From a bacterium (GTDB lineage: Bacteria > UBP15 > UBA6099 > JAJRTR01), in NCBI GenBank assembly GCA_024278215.1, contig JAJRTR010000105.1:1-36438 (forward strand): a stretch of DNA of 36,438 bases, written 5' to 3'. Under the pieces are notes generated by a model. It was not told the DNA's origin. It saw only the letters and a program-made list of their open reading frames with translations, and did not search any database. Position numbers and translations under genes: made by a program. Positions 18,683-28,312 of this stretch are shown one piece after another (position 1 is the stretch's first letter; each line of letters starts with the position of its first letter).

Positions 18683-20359
18683 ATGAATATGACGCTTGAC
18701 TGGAAAGATGTGATTTTTAATCTGATCGGCGGACTGGGGATTTTCCTGTTTGGAATGAAAACCATGTCTTCCGGAATGCAGCAGCTTGCCGGCAACAGGA
18801 TCAAGAAATTTTTTGATATGCTGACAAACAACAGGTTGATGGGAGTGGGTGTCGGGCTCGTCGTAACGGCAATAATCCAATCGAGTTCGGCGACAACAGT
18901 GATGCTGGTCGGTTTCATCAACGCCGGGCTGATGGACCTTCAACAGGCGGTCGGCATTATCATGGGCGCCAATATCGGCACAACGATCACATCATGGATC
19001 ATCGCGATAAAGATAACGAAATTCGCGCTCCCGGTGCTTGGCGTCGGCTCGATAATGGCGATGTTTTCCAAGAACAGGAAAGTAAACAATTGGGGATACA
19101 TATTTCTTGGTTTCGGAATGCTCTTTTTCGGACTCAAGCTGATGGAAACCGCATTTCATCCCCTGCGTGAAAGTCAGGAATTCATAACATTCTTTGCGCA
19201 GTTCGGCGCCGACAGTACCCTGCAAATCATCAAGAGCGCATTCGCCGGCATGTTGCTGACCTGCATTATCCAGTCGAGCTCGGCGACAATAGGGATCACC
19301 ATCGCTCTTGCCAACCAGGGCCTTCTGACATACCCGGCAGCGGCCGCGCTGGTGCTCGGCGAAAACATCGGCACTACGATCACCATGAATCTCGCGGCAA
19401 TAGGTGCAAACGTCGCCGCGCGGCGTGCGGGCAGGGTTCACATGCTTTTTAATACTTTCGGCACGGTCGTCATGATCGCAATCTTCCCGTGGTTCGTTAA
19501 GTTTGTGGATTACATCGTACCGGGCGGGATGGACGCGGTCGGTGCGGACGGCACGAAAATATATATCGCGGCCCACATCGCCGCAGGCCATTCGCTGTTC
19601 AACATCACTAACACACTTCTCTTTTTCTTTCTCACCGGCTTCCTCGTGAAGATTGCCATCTGGATGGTGCCCGACGAGGGCGATAAGCCCGACAAACAAC
19701 TCGAATATATCGACTACAGTTTTATCTCGACGCCTTCGATCGCACTCGGGCAGGCCAAAAAAGAGATCATCAAAATGTCGCAGATGGACAGCAATATGCT
19801 GGACTGGAGCAGGACGCTGCTGCTCGAACAGCCTATTGATGAAAAGCTTAAAGAACGTCTCTTCAAATATGAGATTATTACAGATACATTGCAGACGGAA
19901 ATATCGAAATTCTGCGCAACTCTGCTGCAAAAGAAACCCGGCCCCGAGGACGCCGAGAGCGCGCGGCGCTACCTGCGAATTTCCGACGAGTACGAATCCA
20001 TCGGCGATATGTGCGAACAGCTTGCCAAATACGCGATAAGGCGTGAAGAACAGAACCTTGACTTCAGCGATGAAGCGCTCGAGGGGCTCGAAGAGGCCTA
20101 TCGTTCACTTCAGGAATATTTTCAGCTTTGCACATTGTGTTTTATTGATGAAAAGAATCGCACTTTTCATGAGGCCGACGCAAAGAATAATTCACTGCAG
20201 AAAATGATAAAGAAATTGCGCAGAGGACATCTGGAACGACTGAACAACAGGGAATGTGATGTCATGACGGGCCTTCTGCTGAGCGATATACTCGCCACTT
20301 TCCAGAGCATCAGGGGCCATGCACACAATATCGTCGAAACAGTCGCCGGTCTTAAGTAA
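18683..20359 (+). CDS. Na/Pi cotransporter family protein with a PhoU-like C-terminus
   Basis: Two QSSSAT repeats, GANIGTT/GENIGTT, helical C-terminus with YESIGD. Confidence 0.93.
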   Translation: MNMTLDWKDVIFNLIGGLGIFLFGMKTMSSGMQQLAGNRIKKFFDMLTNNRLMGVGVGLVVTAIIQSSSATTVMLVGFINAGLMDLQQAVGIIMGANIGTTITSWIIAIKITKFALPVLGVGSIMAMFSKNRKVNNWGYIFLGFGMLFFGLKLMETAFHPLRESQEFITFFAQFGADSTLQIIKSAFAGMLLTCIIQSSSATIGITIALANQGLLTYPAAAALVLGENIGTTITMNLAAIGANVAARRAGRVHMLFNTFGTVVMIAIFPWFVKFVDYIVPGGMDAVGADGTKIYIAAHIAAGHSLFNITNTLLFFFLTGFLVKIAIWMVPDEGDKPDKQLEYIDYSFISTPSIALGQAKKEIIKMSQMDSNMLDWSRTLLLEQPIDEKLKERLFKYEIITDTLQTEISKFCATLLQKKPGPEDAESARRYLRISDEYESIGDMCEQLAKYAIRREEQNLDFSDEALEGLEEAYRSLQEYFQLCTLCFIDEKNRTFHEADAKNNSLQKMIKKLRRGHLERLNNRECDVMTGLLLSDILATFQSIRGHAHNIVETVAGLK

Positions 20360-20421
20360 ACGATGTTGTCAGAGATGCGTCACCGACACGCGCCGCTCGA
20401 CCTGTGTTCGCCAAACAGTCG

Positions 20422-20460
20422 TCGCGATTTTCCGGGTTTCTTTGTGAGACATCCGGGCTA
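20422..20460 (+). mobile_element. MITE family A, right-end fragment
   Basis: TCGCGATTTTCCGGGTTTCTTTGTGAGACATCCGGGCTA matches the A right end. Its last bases are the amidohydrolase stop codon. Confidence 0.7.
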
Positions 20461-21528
20461 TACGCCGGCTTTCGCTCTCTTCCTGAGCGGGGTGACTTCC
20501 AGCCCGAGCAGCCGCGCCGCGTTCGCATGAAGCACTTTCCAGCGGAGTTCAGGGTGGCCCTCGGTGGCAATCAGCGGTTTTGCAAACTGGTATATCAGCG
20601 GGTAGACCGGCCAGTCGCTACCCGCCACAATGCGGTCGTTATCGACTTCCGCGAAGAACTCCTCGAGCTGGTGCGGCGGTTGTCCGTCTATCTCGCAAAT
20701 ACAGTTCGGATATTTCTGCGCCAGCTTGATCAGTGTCCGGTATTCCATCATGCCGCCGTGTCCCATTATAAACGTCACATCACCAAAATCGTCGAGCGCT
20801 TTTTCGAACCTGTCGAGTTTCGACCTCGCTTCTTTCTTTCCCTTCACAGCATCAGGTTCCACAGGTGAAACACTCGTGTGCGAAAGCACAAGCAGATTGT
20901 GTTCACGGCAGAACTCGAATATCGGCTCCCACTTCTTATTGTCGAAAGCCACCATTTGCAGTTCCGGATGTGTCTTGATGCCCATCGCACCGCGCTTCAC
21001 ATACCGCTCCATCTTTCTCCGCCAGAACGGGTCCATCGGATGCACACTGACAAACGGGAGCAGGCGGTCGGTTTTTTCGTGGACATCGAGCACATGGTCG
21101 CTGTTGCTGCTGACAAAAGGGAAGTCGATAGCGAGGTTCACCGTGTGCGACACTCCCGCGAGGTCCATCTCACGCAACAGGTTGGCCGCCGAATGATGCT
21201 GCATCGCGCCGAACTTGTTGGTCAACACACTCTGCACATAATAGAAATGATTAAAAGAATCGTTCTCGTTCATGTTGTAGCCGCTGTAAACCGACAGGTC
21301 GACCGGCATTCCGAGAATCTGAAAAAGCGTGTTGCTGTGCGCTGTCCTTCTCCAGAAATCAATAGGAGCGGCGAAAAGGAAATTGTTCGCCAGGTGACCG
21401 TGGCAGTCGATTATCGAATATCCGAGATCGAGCGAAAGGCGCGGCGTGCCGTCTTCATCGACATCGAAATAAGGCAACTCACGCGCCATATGGATCACAC
21501 TCTTGAATTTCAGCTTTTGTTTCTTCAT
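20458..21528 (-). CDS. Amidohydrolase_2 family metal-dependent hydrolase
   Basis: IDCHGH, GIKTHP, LSHT, MGHGG, AGSDWP, NAARLL. Confidence 0.88.
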   Translation of the reverse strand: MKKQKLKFKSVIHMARELPYFDVDEDGTPRLSLDLGYSIIDCHGHLANNFLFAAPIDFWRRTAHSNTLFQILGMPVDLSVYSGYNMNENDSFNHFYYVQSVLTNKFGAMQHHSAANLLREMDLAGVSHTVNLAIDFPFVSSNSDHVLDVHEKTDRLLPFVSVHPMDPFWRRKMERYVKRGAMGIKTHPELQMVAFDNKKWEPIFEFCREHNLLVLSHTSVSPVEPDAVKGKKEARSKLDRFEKALDDFGDVTFIMGHGGMMEYRTLIKLAQKYPNCICEIDGQPPHQLEEFFAEVDNDRIVAGSDWPVYPLIYQFAKPLIATEGHPELRWKVLHANAARLLGLEVTPLRKRAKAGV

Positions 21529-21590
21529 TAGACTTCACCCCGTTTGTCTGGTTTTCGTTCTTGCGTTGTTACAGAGCAGCTCGCGGCACA

Positions 21591-22304
21591 TCATATCTTG
21601 CTTATAACCTTTTTTCTTTTTCTACCCGCTTTTGCTTTTTTCTTAACATTTTTAACCGGCATTTGTGAAATATGCGTATCCGATTTGTCGATACCCAGCA
21701 TCAGCACAGCAGCGCGTGTTATCTCCGACTTCGCCATAGCGACATTGCCTGGTACAGTCATTTTTCTGCCGGAGAAATACACCGAACCTTTCCTGTTTAC
21801 AAATGCGAAAACAACAATGGTATTCAGCATCGTAAGTATAGCCTCATAGTTCAGGTCCGGTCGTATGTTTCCCTTCCGCACCTGGATATTCAGATACTCG
21901 AGGCCCAGTTTTTCGAGAGGTTGGAATTGCGTTTTTGTCGTTTCGTAGTCGTCGAAGGTGTCCGCCTCACGATTTATCCACGAGACAATACGCAGAAGTT
22001 CCGGCTGCTCCAGCAGGGCATCCACCAGCGCATCGACAAATTCCGGAACTGCCTCGGCCGGCGGTTTCTTAAAATCCATCGACTCGGTGATTATGTGCTT
22101 AAGACTGTCGCTCGTGTACTCGCATACCGCCTGCCAGAGTTGTTCTTTGGAGCCGAAATGATAATTCACAGCGCAGACATTCATCTTCGCGCCGGCGCAG
22201 ATGTCCCTTACGGATGTTCCATGATAGCCATGCTTCGCGCAACATTTTAATGCCGCAAGAAGTATCTTTTGCCTGCTCTCGCTGGTCTTGAATCTCTTTC
22301 TCAT
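21591..22304 (-). CDS. TetR/AcrR family transcriptional regulator
   Basis: GYHGTSVRDICAGAKMNVCAVNYHFGSKEQL HTH. Confidence 0.93.
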   Translation of the reverse strand: MRKRFKTSESRQKILLAALKCCAKHGYHGTSVRDICAGAKMNVCAVNYHFGSKEQLWQAVCEYTSDSLKHIITESMDFKKPPAEAVPEFVDALVDALLEQPELLRIVSWINREADTFDDYETTKTQFQPLEKLGLEYLNIQVRKGNIRPDLNYEAILTMLNTIVVFAFVNRKGSVYFSGRKMTVPGNVAMAKSEITRAAVLMLGIDKSDTHISQMPVKNVKKKAKAGRKRKKVISKI

Positions 22305-22321
22305 AAATTAGGCGCCCAATA

Positions 22322-22394
22322 TTCAAACATGTAATTAAAACGTATATTTAAAACAACTGTTTGAATTATAACATTATCAATATTCTTTTGTCAA
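22322..22394 (-). promoter_or_regulatory. Sigma70 promoter of tetR with tandem operator-like palindromes
   Basis: Minus strand TTGACA-N18-TATAAT with extended TG. Imperfect 18-bp palindromes at 22322, 22335 and 22348 (best TTAAAACAACTGTTTGAA). Confidence 0.65.
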
Positions 22395-22413
22395 CGGATA
22401 ATTGTGAAGTGGT

Positions 22414-22499
22414 CGCACAGACTGCATGCTCCGCGTTCACCAATATCTTTTCAGCATTTCTTTACCATCCCGAGTAGCGTTTCAGTCGTATGATACTAT
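22414..22499 (+). repeat. Dispersed repeat family C, longest copy
   Basis: 22414-22440 matches 5170-5196 (24/27). 22436-22499 matches 18411-18474. Confidence 0.8.
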
Positions 22500-22500
22500 T

Positions 22501-22572
22501 GCGCCAATTGCAAAAATATGTTCGTAGCAAGGTCGAGCGAAATTGTTCGGAGCAAGGCGGAAAAGTAAAATC
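22501..22572 (+). mobile_element. MITE family B, left-end fragment
   Basis: GCGCCAATTGCAAAAATATGTTCGTAGC... matches the first ~70 nt of the full copies. Confidence 0.8.
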
Positions 22573-22680
22573 TACGTATAGCAGGTTCCAGAAGATATTG
22601 TAATAAAATCGTAATATGTTTAAAAACAGTCGCCGGATGATTACAATAACAGAATTGACTCAAACTTTCCGGAGGAAGCA

Positions 22681-23340
22681 ATGGTATACAGAGAGATGAT
22701 GCAGGAAGACACATGGCGGATATTCAAGATCATGGCAGAGTTCGTTGAAGGATTCGATCAGCTGTCAAAACACGGACCTCTTGTCACGATATTCGGGTCG
22801 GCGAGAACAAAGAAAAGCGATCCAATGTACAAGCTGGCGCAGAAGACGGCAAAGTTGTTCGCCGGGAACGGGTTCGGCATCGTGACAGGCGCGGGGGGCG
22901 GTATCATGGAAGCGGCCAACAGGGGAGCAGTCGACGCGGGCGGCGCTTCGGTCGGCCTCAACATCGACCTGCCTCATGAACAATCATCGAACGAATATGT
23001 TCAGCACCTGATTAATTTCCACTACTTCTTTGTGCGTAAAGTCATGTTTGTGAAATATGCGCATGGTACAATAATCATGCCCGGCGGTTTCGGCACGATG
23101 GACGAGTTGTGCGAAGTCCTGACGCTTGTGCAAACCCACAAGACACACCGTTTCCCCATTGTTCTTATGGGCGAAGAGCACTGGAGCGGTTATATCGCAT
23201 GGGTGAAAAACAAGTTGCTCGGAAGCGGATACATCAGCGAGAGCGATATAAACCTGTTTCACGTGACGGACGACCCGAAGGAAGCCCTGCGGATTGTGAA
23301 AGACAATCCGGTCGATATCAACAGCATGAAATTGCAGTGA
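22681..23340 (+). CDS. LOG family (TIGR00730-like) nucleotide phosphoribohydrolase
   Basis: IFGSAR, TGAGGGIMEAANRGA, YFFVRKVMF, PGGFGTMDE. Confidence 0.92.
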   Translation: MVYREMMQEDTWRIFKIMAEFVEGFDQLSKHGPLVTIFGSARTKKSDPMYKLAQKTAKLFAGNGFGIVTGAGGGIMEAANRGAVDAGGASVGLNIDLPHEQSSNEYVQHLINFHYFFVRKVMFVKYAHGTIIMPGGFGTMDELCEVLTLVQTHKTHRFPIVLMGEEHWSGYIAWVKNKLLGSGYISESDINLFHVTDDPKEALRIVKDNPVDINSMKLQ

Positions 23341-23448
23341 GCCCCGCCGGATGTCCTGTGGAACTGATGTCATAAGGAAGTTGTTTCAATAGCGAGAACA
23401 GCAAGTACGTGTCCGCATGTATTTGATAAACGAAAAACGGTGATACAA

Positions 23449-23820
23449 ATGCACGAAGTATTTAAGGAAAAGTTTTTCTCGGGTGCGCACAGGCTGCGCG
23501 GATATGAGGGCAAATGCGAGTCGCTGCACGGCCACAACTGGAAAGTGCGTGTGTTTGCAGGGTCTGAAACCCTCGACTCTCTCGGCATGGTCATCGATTT
23601 TAAAAAGCTCAAAAAGTGCCTCGCGGATGTTGTGGAAAGGCTGGACCACAAGGACCTCAACGCAGTGCCGCCTTTCGACGAGTTGAATCCATCGGCTGAG
23701 AATATTGCGCGCTACTTCTACGATGAACTCGGCAGGCAGATTAATGATGATCGTGTTCGCGTTATTCGCGTTATGGTGTGGGAATCTGAAGGTTCGTGCG
23801 CGACATATTATGAAAGCTGA
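23449..23820 (+). CDS. queD: 6-carboxytetrahydropterin synthase
   Basis: FSGAHRL...GKCESLHGHNW, LDHKDLN, NPSAENIA, VWES. Confidence 0.92.
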   Translation: MHEVFKEKFFSGAHRLRGYEGKCESLHGHNWKVRVFAGSETLDSLGMVIDFKKLKKCLADVVERLDHKDLNAVPPFDELNPSAENIARYFYDELGRQINDDRVRVIRVMVWESEGSCATYYES

Positions 23821-23893
23821 ATTGTAATCGCGGAGACACTTTGTCGGCGAATCGAGATTAAGCACCCGTGGATCGGGATCGACACTATTTACT

Positions 23894-24274
23894 ATGGCAC
23901 CACATGCAATCATCTATCTTCAGATCGCCACCGGCGCGGGGCTTATCCTGTTCTGGATTCTTTTCTTCACTGTCGGCCTTGCTCCTGACAATGCACCGGA
24001 CAGCTACGATGATTTCGAGCATTCGTTTCCAATTCCGGATATCATCCTGGCCATCGCACTGACAGCATCGTCGCTGCTCATGATGAAGAACATTCAGGCG
24101 GGTATCACACTGAGCCATGCCGCAGGCGGCGCACTGATTTTTCTCGGTGTTCTCGACATCAGCTATAACCTCCGGAACATGTTTGCCGGACAATCGTTGA
24201 AAGAAAAACTTTTCAGCAGTTTTATAAATCTGTGGTGCGTGGGATTCGGCATCGCAATTCTTTTATCGGTGTGA
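23894..24274 (+). CDS. Hypothetical membrane protein (about 4 TM)
   Basis: Four hydrophobic segments with a FEHSFPIPD loop; fills the intergenic gap. Confidence 0.7.
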   Translation: MAPHAIIYLQIATGAGLILFWILFFTVGLAPDNAPDSYDDFEHSFPIPDIILAIALTASSLLMMKNIQAGITLSHAAGGALIFLGVLDISYNLRNMFAGQSLKEKLFSSFINLWCVGFGIAILLSV

Positions 24275-24417
24275 GAGCCGCTTTCCTGTCTATCACCGGT
24301 ACAGTGCGATAGGAGCGACACTGCAAAATCGGTTCGAGTACGGCACACATATCAGCCTCGTCTGAACATTTTTCCTTCGCTACTGTCATAATATACATAC
24401 GCCATATCATGGAATAC

Positions 24418-24622
24418 TAACCCGCATATTGCACAAATGCGGGTGAAAAACCGAAAGAATGCCCATAATACAAGGCGCGGCAAGTGAGTGGTGAGGGAGC
24501 AGCCGGCCAGCCGGCCTCTTGCGCAAAATGCAGGTATGTGACCGATCCCGAATCGCCGCCGCAACGCAGTAGAATGGGGGTTCTCACGGTTTTCCGGATT
24601 TTTTTGTGAGAAATCCGGGTTA
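24418..24622 (+). mobile_element. MITE family A, full copy (205 bp)
   Basis: Imperfect 20-bp TIR (TAACCCGCATATTGCACAAA vs TAACCCGGATTTCTCACAAA), TA at both ends, other copies in the window. Confidence 0.88.
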
Positions 24623-24645
24623 AAAGACAAACAGGGAGTGTTCCT

Positions 24646-26913
24646 ATGAAGAGCAAAAGATTTCTGTTCCTTATTGTTGCGTTCGCGTTTTTCGGCTTTT
24701 TTTTCGCAGGTGCGAATACGGCGCTTGCCGACGGTATGCTGATCCCCGGCCCCTGGCCGCATCCGCGCCCGCTGCCCCCGGAACCGGCACCTATGTTTTC
24801 CATTAAATACCACCATGTCAATGTTGAAATAAATGACCAGTCGGTGAAAACTGATATCGACCAGGTTTTCAAAAACGAAAGTGGCAGGCGGATGGAAGCG
24901 ACGTATCTTTTTCCTATTCCCGAGACTGCCGCAATCACAGATTTCTCGATGTATGTCGGGAAGGAAAAGGTCAGCGGCAGAGTGCTCGACAAAGACGAAG
25001 CGCGCCGCATATATGAAGATATCGTGCGCAGGCGAAAAGACCCCGCACTCATCGAATACGTGGGCCGCGACCTCTTCAGCGCGCGCGTATTTCCCATCGA
25101 ACCCCACGGCGAAAAACGCATCCGGCTCTCCTATCAGGAGCTCGCCGGCGCGCGCGGCGACACATACCGCTATGTGTATCCGCTCAGCACAGAACGATTC
25201 TCATCGAAAAGTATCGAGTCGGTCTCAGTGCATGTAACAATTAAAACATCATACCCGATAAAGAATATCTATTCGCCGAGCCATGACATATCGGTACACC
25301 GGCTCTCGGAGACCGAGGCCGAGGTCGGCTACGAGGTCTCGAACGAACGCCCCGACAAGGACTTCGAACTCTACTATTCCGTCTCCCGAGACGACGTCGG
25401 CATGACATTGCTCACCTATCAAGAGAAAAGTAAGGATGGCTATTTTCTCATGCTGGCATCGCCGAAAGTCGAATACAAAGACAGCGATGTGCGCGCGAAA
25501 GACATCCTGTTTATTTTCGACCGCACAGGCAGCATGAGCGGCGAAAAGATCGAACAGGCCCGAAACGCACTGAAGTTCTGCCTGAATTCTCTCAGCAGCA
25601 AAGACCGTTTCAATCTTATCGCGTTCAACGAATCGCCCGACCCGCTTTTCAGCGGTCTTGTCACCGCCGATCACGACAATGTCCTGCGCGCTCTGGAACT
25701 CGCCGACAGACTCGACGCCCAGGGCGGCACGAACATCGACGCGGCGCTCACAACATCGTTCCCCATGGCCGACGACCCGGCCCGCCCGACTTATGTCATC
25801 TTTCTCACCGACGGCCTGCCCACCGTCGGCACCACGGACATGTCGCGCATCATCGAGAACGCTGACCGGAACGCGCCGCCACATCTGCACCTCTTCGTTT
25901 TCGGTGTCGGCTACGACGTCAACACGCATCTACTGGACAAACTCAGCGAAAACCACAGCGGCGCAAGCGAATATGTGAAACCGGGTGAAGACATAGAAGT
26001 GAAAGTAAGTAATCTTTTCAGAATGATAAGCAGCCCGGTCCTCACAGACATCGCGCTGGACATGGGCGAGATGGACGCCTACGACACGGCACCGATCAAG
26101 CTTCCCGATATTTTCAAGGGCTCGCAGCTTGTCGTCACCGGCAGATACCGAAACGCGACAACCACAGCCGTGAAACTCACCGGGACCGCCGCGGGCGAAA
26201 AGAAAACATTCGCTCTCGAGCAAAACGTGAAGGAAAGCACACGAAATACATTTATCCCCACACTGTGGGCGGGCCGCCGCATAGGCATATTGCTCGATGA
26301 AATCCGGCTGCACGGCGAAAAGAAAGAACTCATCGACGAAGTTGTCAGGCTCAGCAAACGATACGGAATAATCACGGAATACACATCGTTCCTCGTCGAA
26401 GAACCCGGCGCGGCGCAGATGGCCGAAGATAAAGTATACGAAATGACACTGTTGAGTATGGACGAAGCAATGAACGTGCAGAAAGGCAAATGGGCGGTCG
26501 ATCAGGCTGACGCGATCAGGGCGCGGAAATCCGCGGCGGCACCGATGGCAATGGCCAAAGGATACGTGGACAAAAGCGGCGTCCGGCAGAAGATAACGAC
26601 AATGAACAATGTGCGCGGCAATGCGTTTTTCCTCGACGGCGGCACATGGGTCGACAACCGCTACGACTCGAAAAAGATGAAAGTTATCGACATAAAACCC
26701 TTCAGCAGTGCACAGTTCAGCGTCCTCGAGCGTCTGCCGCGGCTCGGTGCGTTCTTCGCGCAGGGCGACTCGGTATTGATCGTTGTATCGGACAGCCTCG
26801 CCATACGGACAACATCGAAAGGAGTTGAAAAATTGTCGAAGGAAGAAAAGAAGTTGCTTGACGATGACGCGCCGAATTTCTACGATGCACTGAGGCCGGA
26901 AAGCTCGAAATAA
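24646..26913 (+). CDS. Exported VIT + vWA domain protein (inter-alpha-trypsin inhibitor-like)
   Basis: Signal peptide. VIT motifs EATYLFPIPE and ARRIYEDIV. MIDAS DRTGS, GGTNI, LTDG. ITEYTSFLV. Confidence 0.9.
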   Translation: MKSKRFLFLIVAFAFFGFFFAGANTALADGMLIPGPWPHPRPLPPEPAPMFSIKYHHVNVEINDQSVKTDIDQVFKNESGRRMEATYLFPIPETAAITDFSMYVGKEKVSGRVLDKDEARRIYEDIVRRRKDPALIEYVGRDLFSARVFPIEPHGEKRIRLSYQELAGARGDTYRYVYPLSTERFSSKSIESVSVHVTIKTSYPIKNIYSPSHDISVHRLSETEAEVGYEVSNERPDKDFELYYSVSRDDVGMTLLTYQEKSKDGYFLMLASPKVEYKDSDVRAKDILFIFDRTGSMSGEKIEQARNALKFCLNSLSSKDRFNLIAFNESPDPLFSGLVTADHDNVLRALELADRLDAQGGTNIDAALTTSFPMADDPARPTYVIFLTDGLPTVGTTDMSRIIENADRNAPPHLHLFVFGVGYDVNTHLLDKLSENHSGASEYVKPGEDIEVKVSNLFRMISSPVLTDIALDMGEMDAYDTAPIKLPDIFKGSQLVVTGRYRNATTTAVKLTGTAAGEKKTFALEQNVKESTRNTFIPTLWAGRRIGILLDEIRLHGEKKELIDEVVRLSKRYGIITEYTSFLVEEPGAAQMAEDKVYEMTLLSMDEAMNVQKGKWAVDQADAIRARKSAAAPMAMAKGYVDKSGVRQKITTMNNVRGNAFFLDGGTWVDNRYDSKKMKVIDIKPFSSAQFSVLERLPRLGAFFAQGDSVLIVVSDSLAIRTTSKGVEKLSKEEKKLLDDDAPNFYDALRPESSK

Positions 26914-27124
26914 TACTCATTGGAAGTAACTGCTCACGGTTATTGGGTGTATGTCCGGCATACAATTTGTTGCGTCTTGCCCAAGGGGAAGATACACTTC
27001 AAATCCCAATGCAGGCATCGGAGAAACTTTCGTGAATGAACCGCCCTGCCGCAAGCAGCGGAGAATAGGCCCCAAAAGAGATTAAAAGCGGAGCGCGTTT
27101 GCTCTCTCCCCTGCCCTTTTTCTG

Positions 27125-28312
27125 CTATTGCGCGTCGGCTCCGTAGCCCGCGCGGCGTTCCCTCACGCCGATGATTATTTTGTAGAGAACCGTCAGCACG
27201 AACGCGCCGATTGCGTAGATTCCGAATGTCACCATCAGTTCGGGTGCAGTAGGCACATACTCGGTGATGTGGCCGAGTGTGGAGGGTATGAATCCTGTAA
27301 TCACGAGTCCAAGCCCTTTTTCTATCCATGTGCCGCAAATAATGAAAACACATACATAGGGCACAACTTTCAGGTTCCATCGTATTCCGGGGAAAAGCAT
27401 GAGGAAGCCGGTGATGAAGGAAAAGACCATTCCTGCGCGCATCCACGGCACGAGAACATCATAAGTTACACCGTTCTCGTGAAGGCCCACGAACATGTAT
27501 TCGAAGGCGTGCAGATGGTGGGGCATGTCGCTGTAGATGCTTGTGAATGCTTCGACAAGGAAGAAGAAGAGGTTGATGAGCATAGAATAAGTAACGATAG
27601 TAGCGAGTGTTCTTATTGCTTTTTCGCCCGGGTCGAACTTCGATATTTTCCTGACAATGACAGCAAGAATGATCAGCAGGCTTGGACCTGTGGCAAAAGC
27701 GGAGGCCAGAAAGCGCGGGGCGAGTATGGCCGTCATCCAGAAGGGCCTTCCTTCGAGTCCCGCATAAAGAAATGCTGTTACAGTATGAATACTGACCGCC
27801 CAGGGGATGGAAAGATAGATGAAAAACTTCAGCCAGTGCGGATAGTGTTTGCCTTTGCGCTCGCAGTCGAGCGTAATGGTGCCGATGAGAAGGTTAAGAA
27901 CGAGGTAGCCCATAAGAACAGACATGTCCCAGAACATAACTGAGTGAAGAGTGGGATGAAGTATTACGTTGAGAACACGTGCGGGCTGGCCCATGTCGAC
28001 AAAGATGAAAAGCATACAGGTGAGAACAGCGGGCACAGCGACGAATTCGCCGAGGATGACTGTTTTGGCGAATGCTTTGTGGTCGTGCAGATAGTATGGC
28101 AGCACGACCATGACGGCGGACGCAGCTACACCGACCATAAACGTGAATTGTGAGATATAGAATCCCCACGACACGTCGCGGCTCATTCCTGTGATGGTTA
28201 GTCCGTCGCGAAGCTGTACAGCGTACGCGCCGGCCCCCATTGCAATAATGATGCCCCAGAAACCCAGGAGAAGCCAGTAATTTTTGCTTCCTTTAAATGC
28301 GTGTTCGAGCAT
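27125..28312 (-). CDS. dsrP: DsrP, NrfD/PsrC-family membrane subunit
   Basis: ITGMSRDVSWG, VGVAASAV, SIHTVTAFL, APRFLASAF; position in the operon. Confidence 0.95.
   Translation of the reverse strand: MLEHAFKGSKNYWLLLGFWGIIIAMGAGAYAVQLRDGLTITGMSRDVSWGFYISQFTFMVGVAASAVMVVLPYYLHDHKAFAKTVILGEFVAVPAVLTCMLFIFVDMGQPARVLNVILHPTLHSVMFWDMSVLMGYLVLNLLIGTITLDCERKGKHYPHWLKFFIYLSIPWAVSIHTVTAFLYAGLEGRPFWMTAILAPRFLASAFATGPSLLIILAVIVRKISKFDPGEKAIRTLATIVTYSMLINLFFFLVEAFTSIYSDMPHHLHAFEYMFVGLHENGVTYDVLVPWMRAGMVFSFITGFLMLFPGIRWNLKVVPYVCVFIICGTWIEKGLGLVITGFIPSTLGHITEYVPTAPELMVTFGIYAIGAFVLTVLYKIIIGVRERRAGYGADAQ

Noticed and set aside
23341-23448. preQ1 riboswitch upstream of queD
   Set aside because: No recognisable preQ1 stem-loop with its A-rich tail arrangement; an Infernal scan would be decisive.
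24418-24622. Family A as a cis-acting riboswitch or leader
   Set aside because: It occurs in both orientations relative to adjacent genes, also downstream of genes, and has TIR-like ends.
27038-27066. Hairpin resembling an IS200/IS605-type end (CCGCCCTGCCGCAAGCAGCGG)
   Set aside because: Degenerate, single, and with no tnpA/tnpB nearby; cannot be supported.
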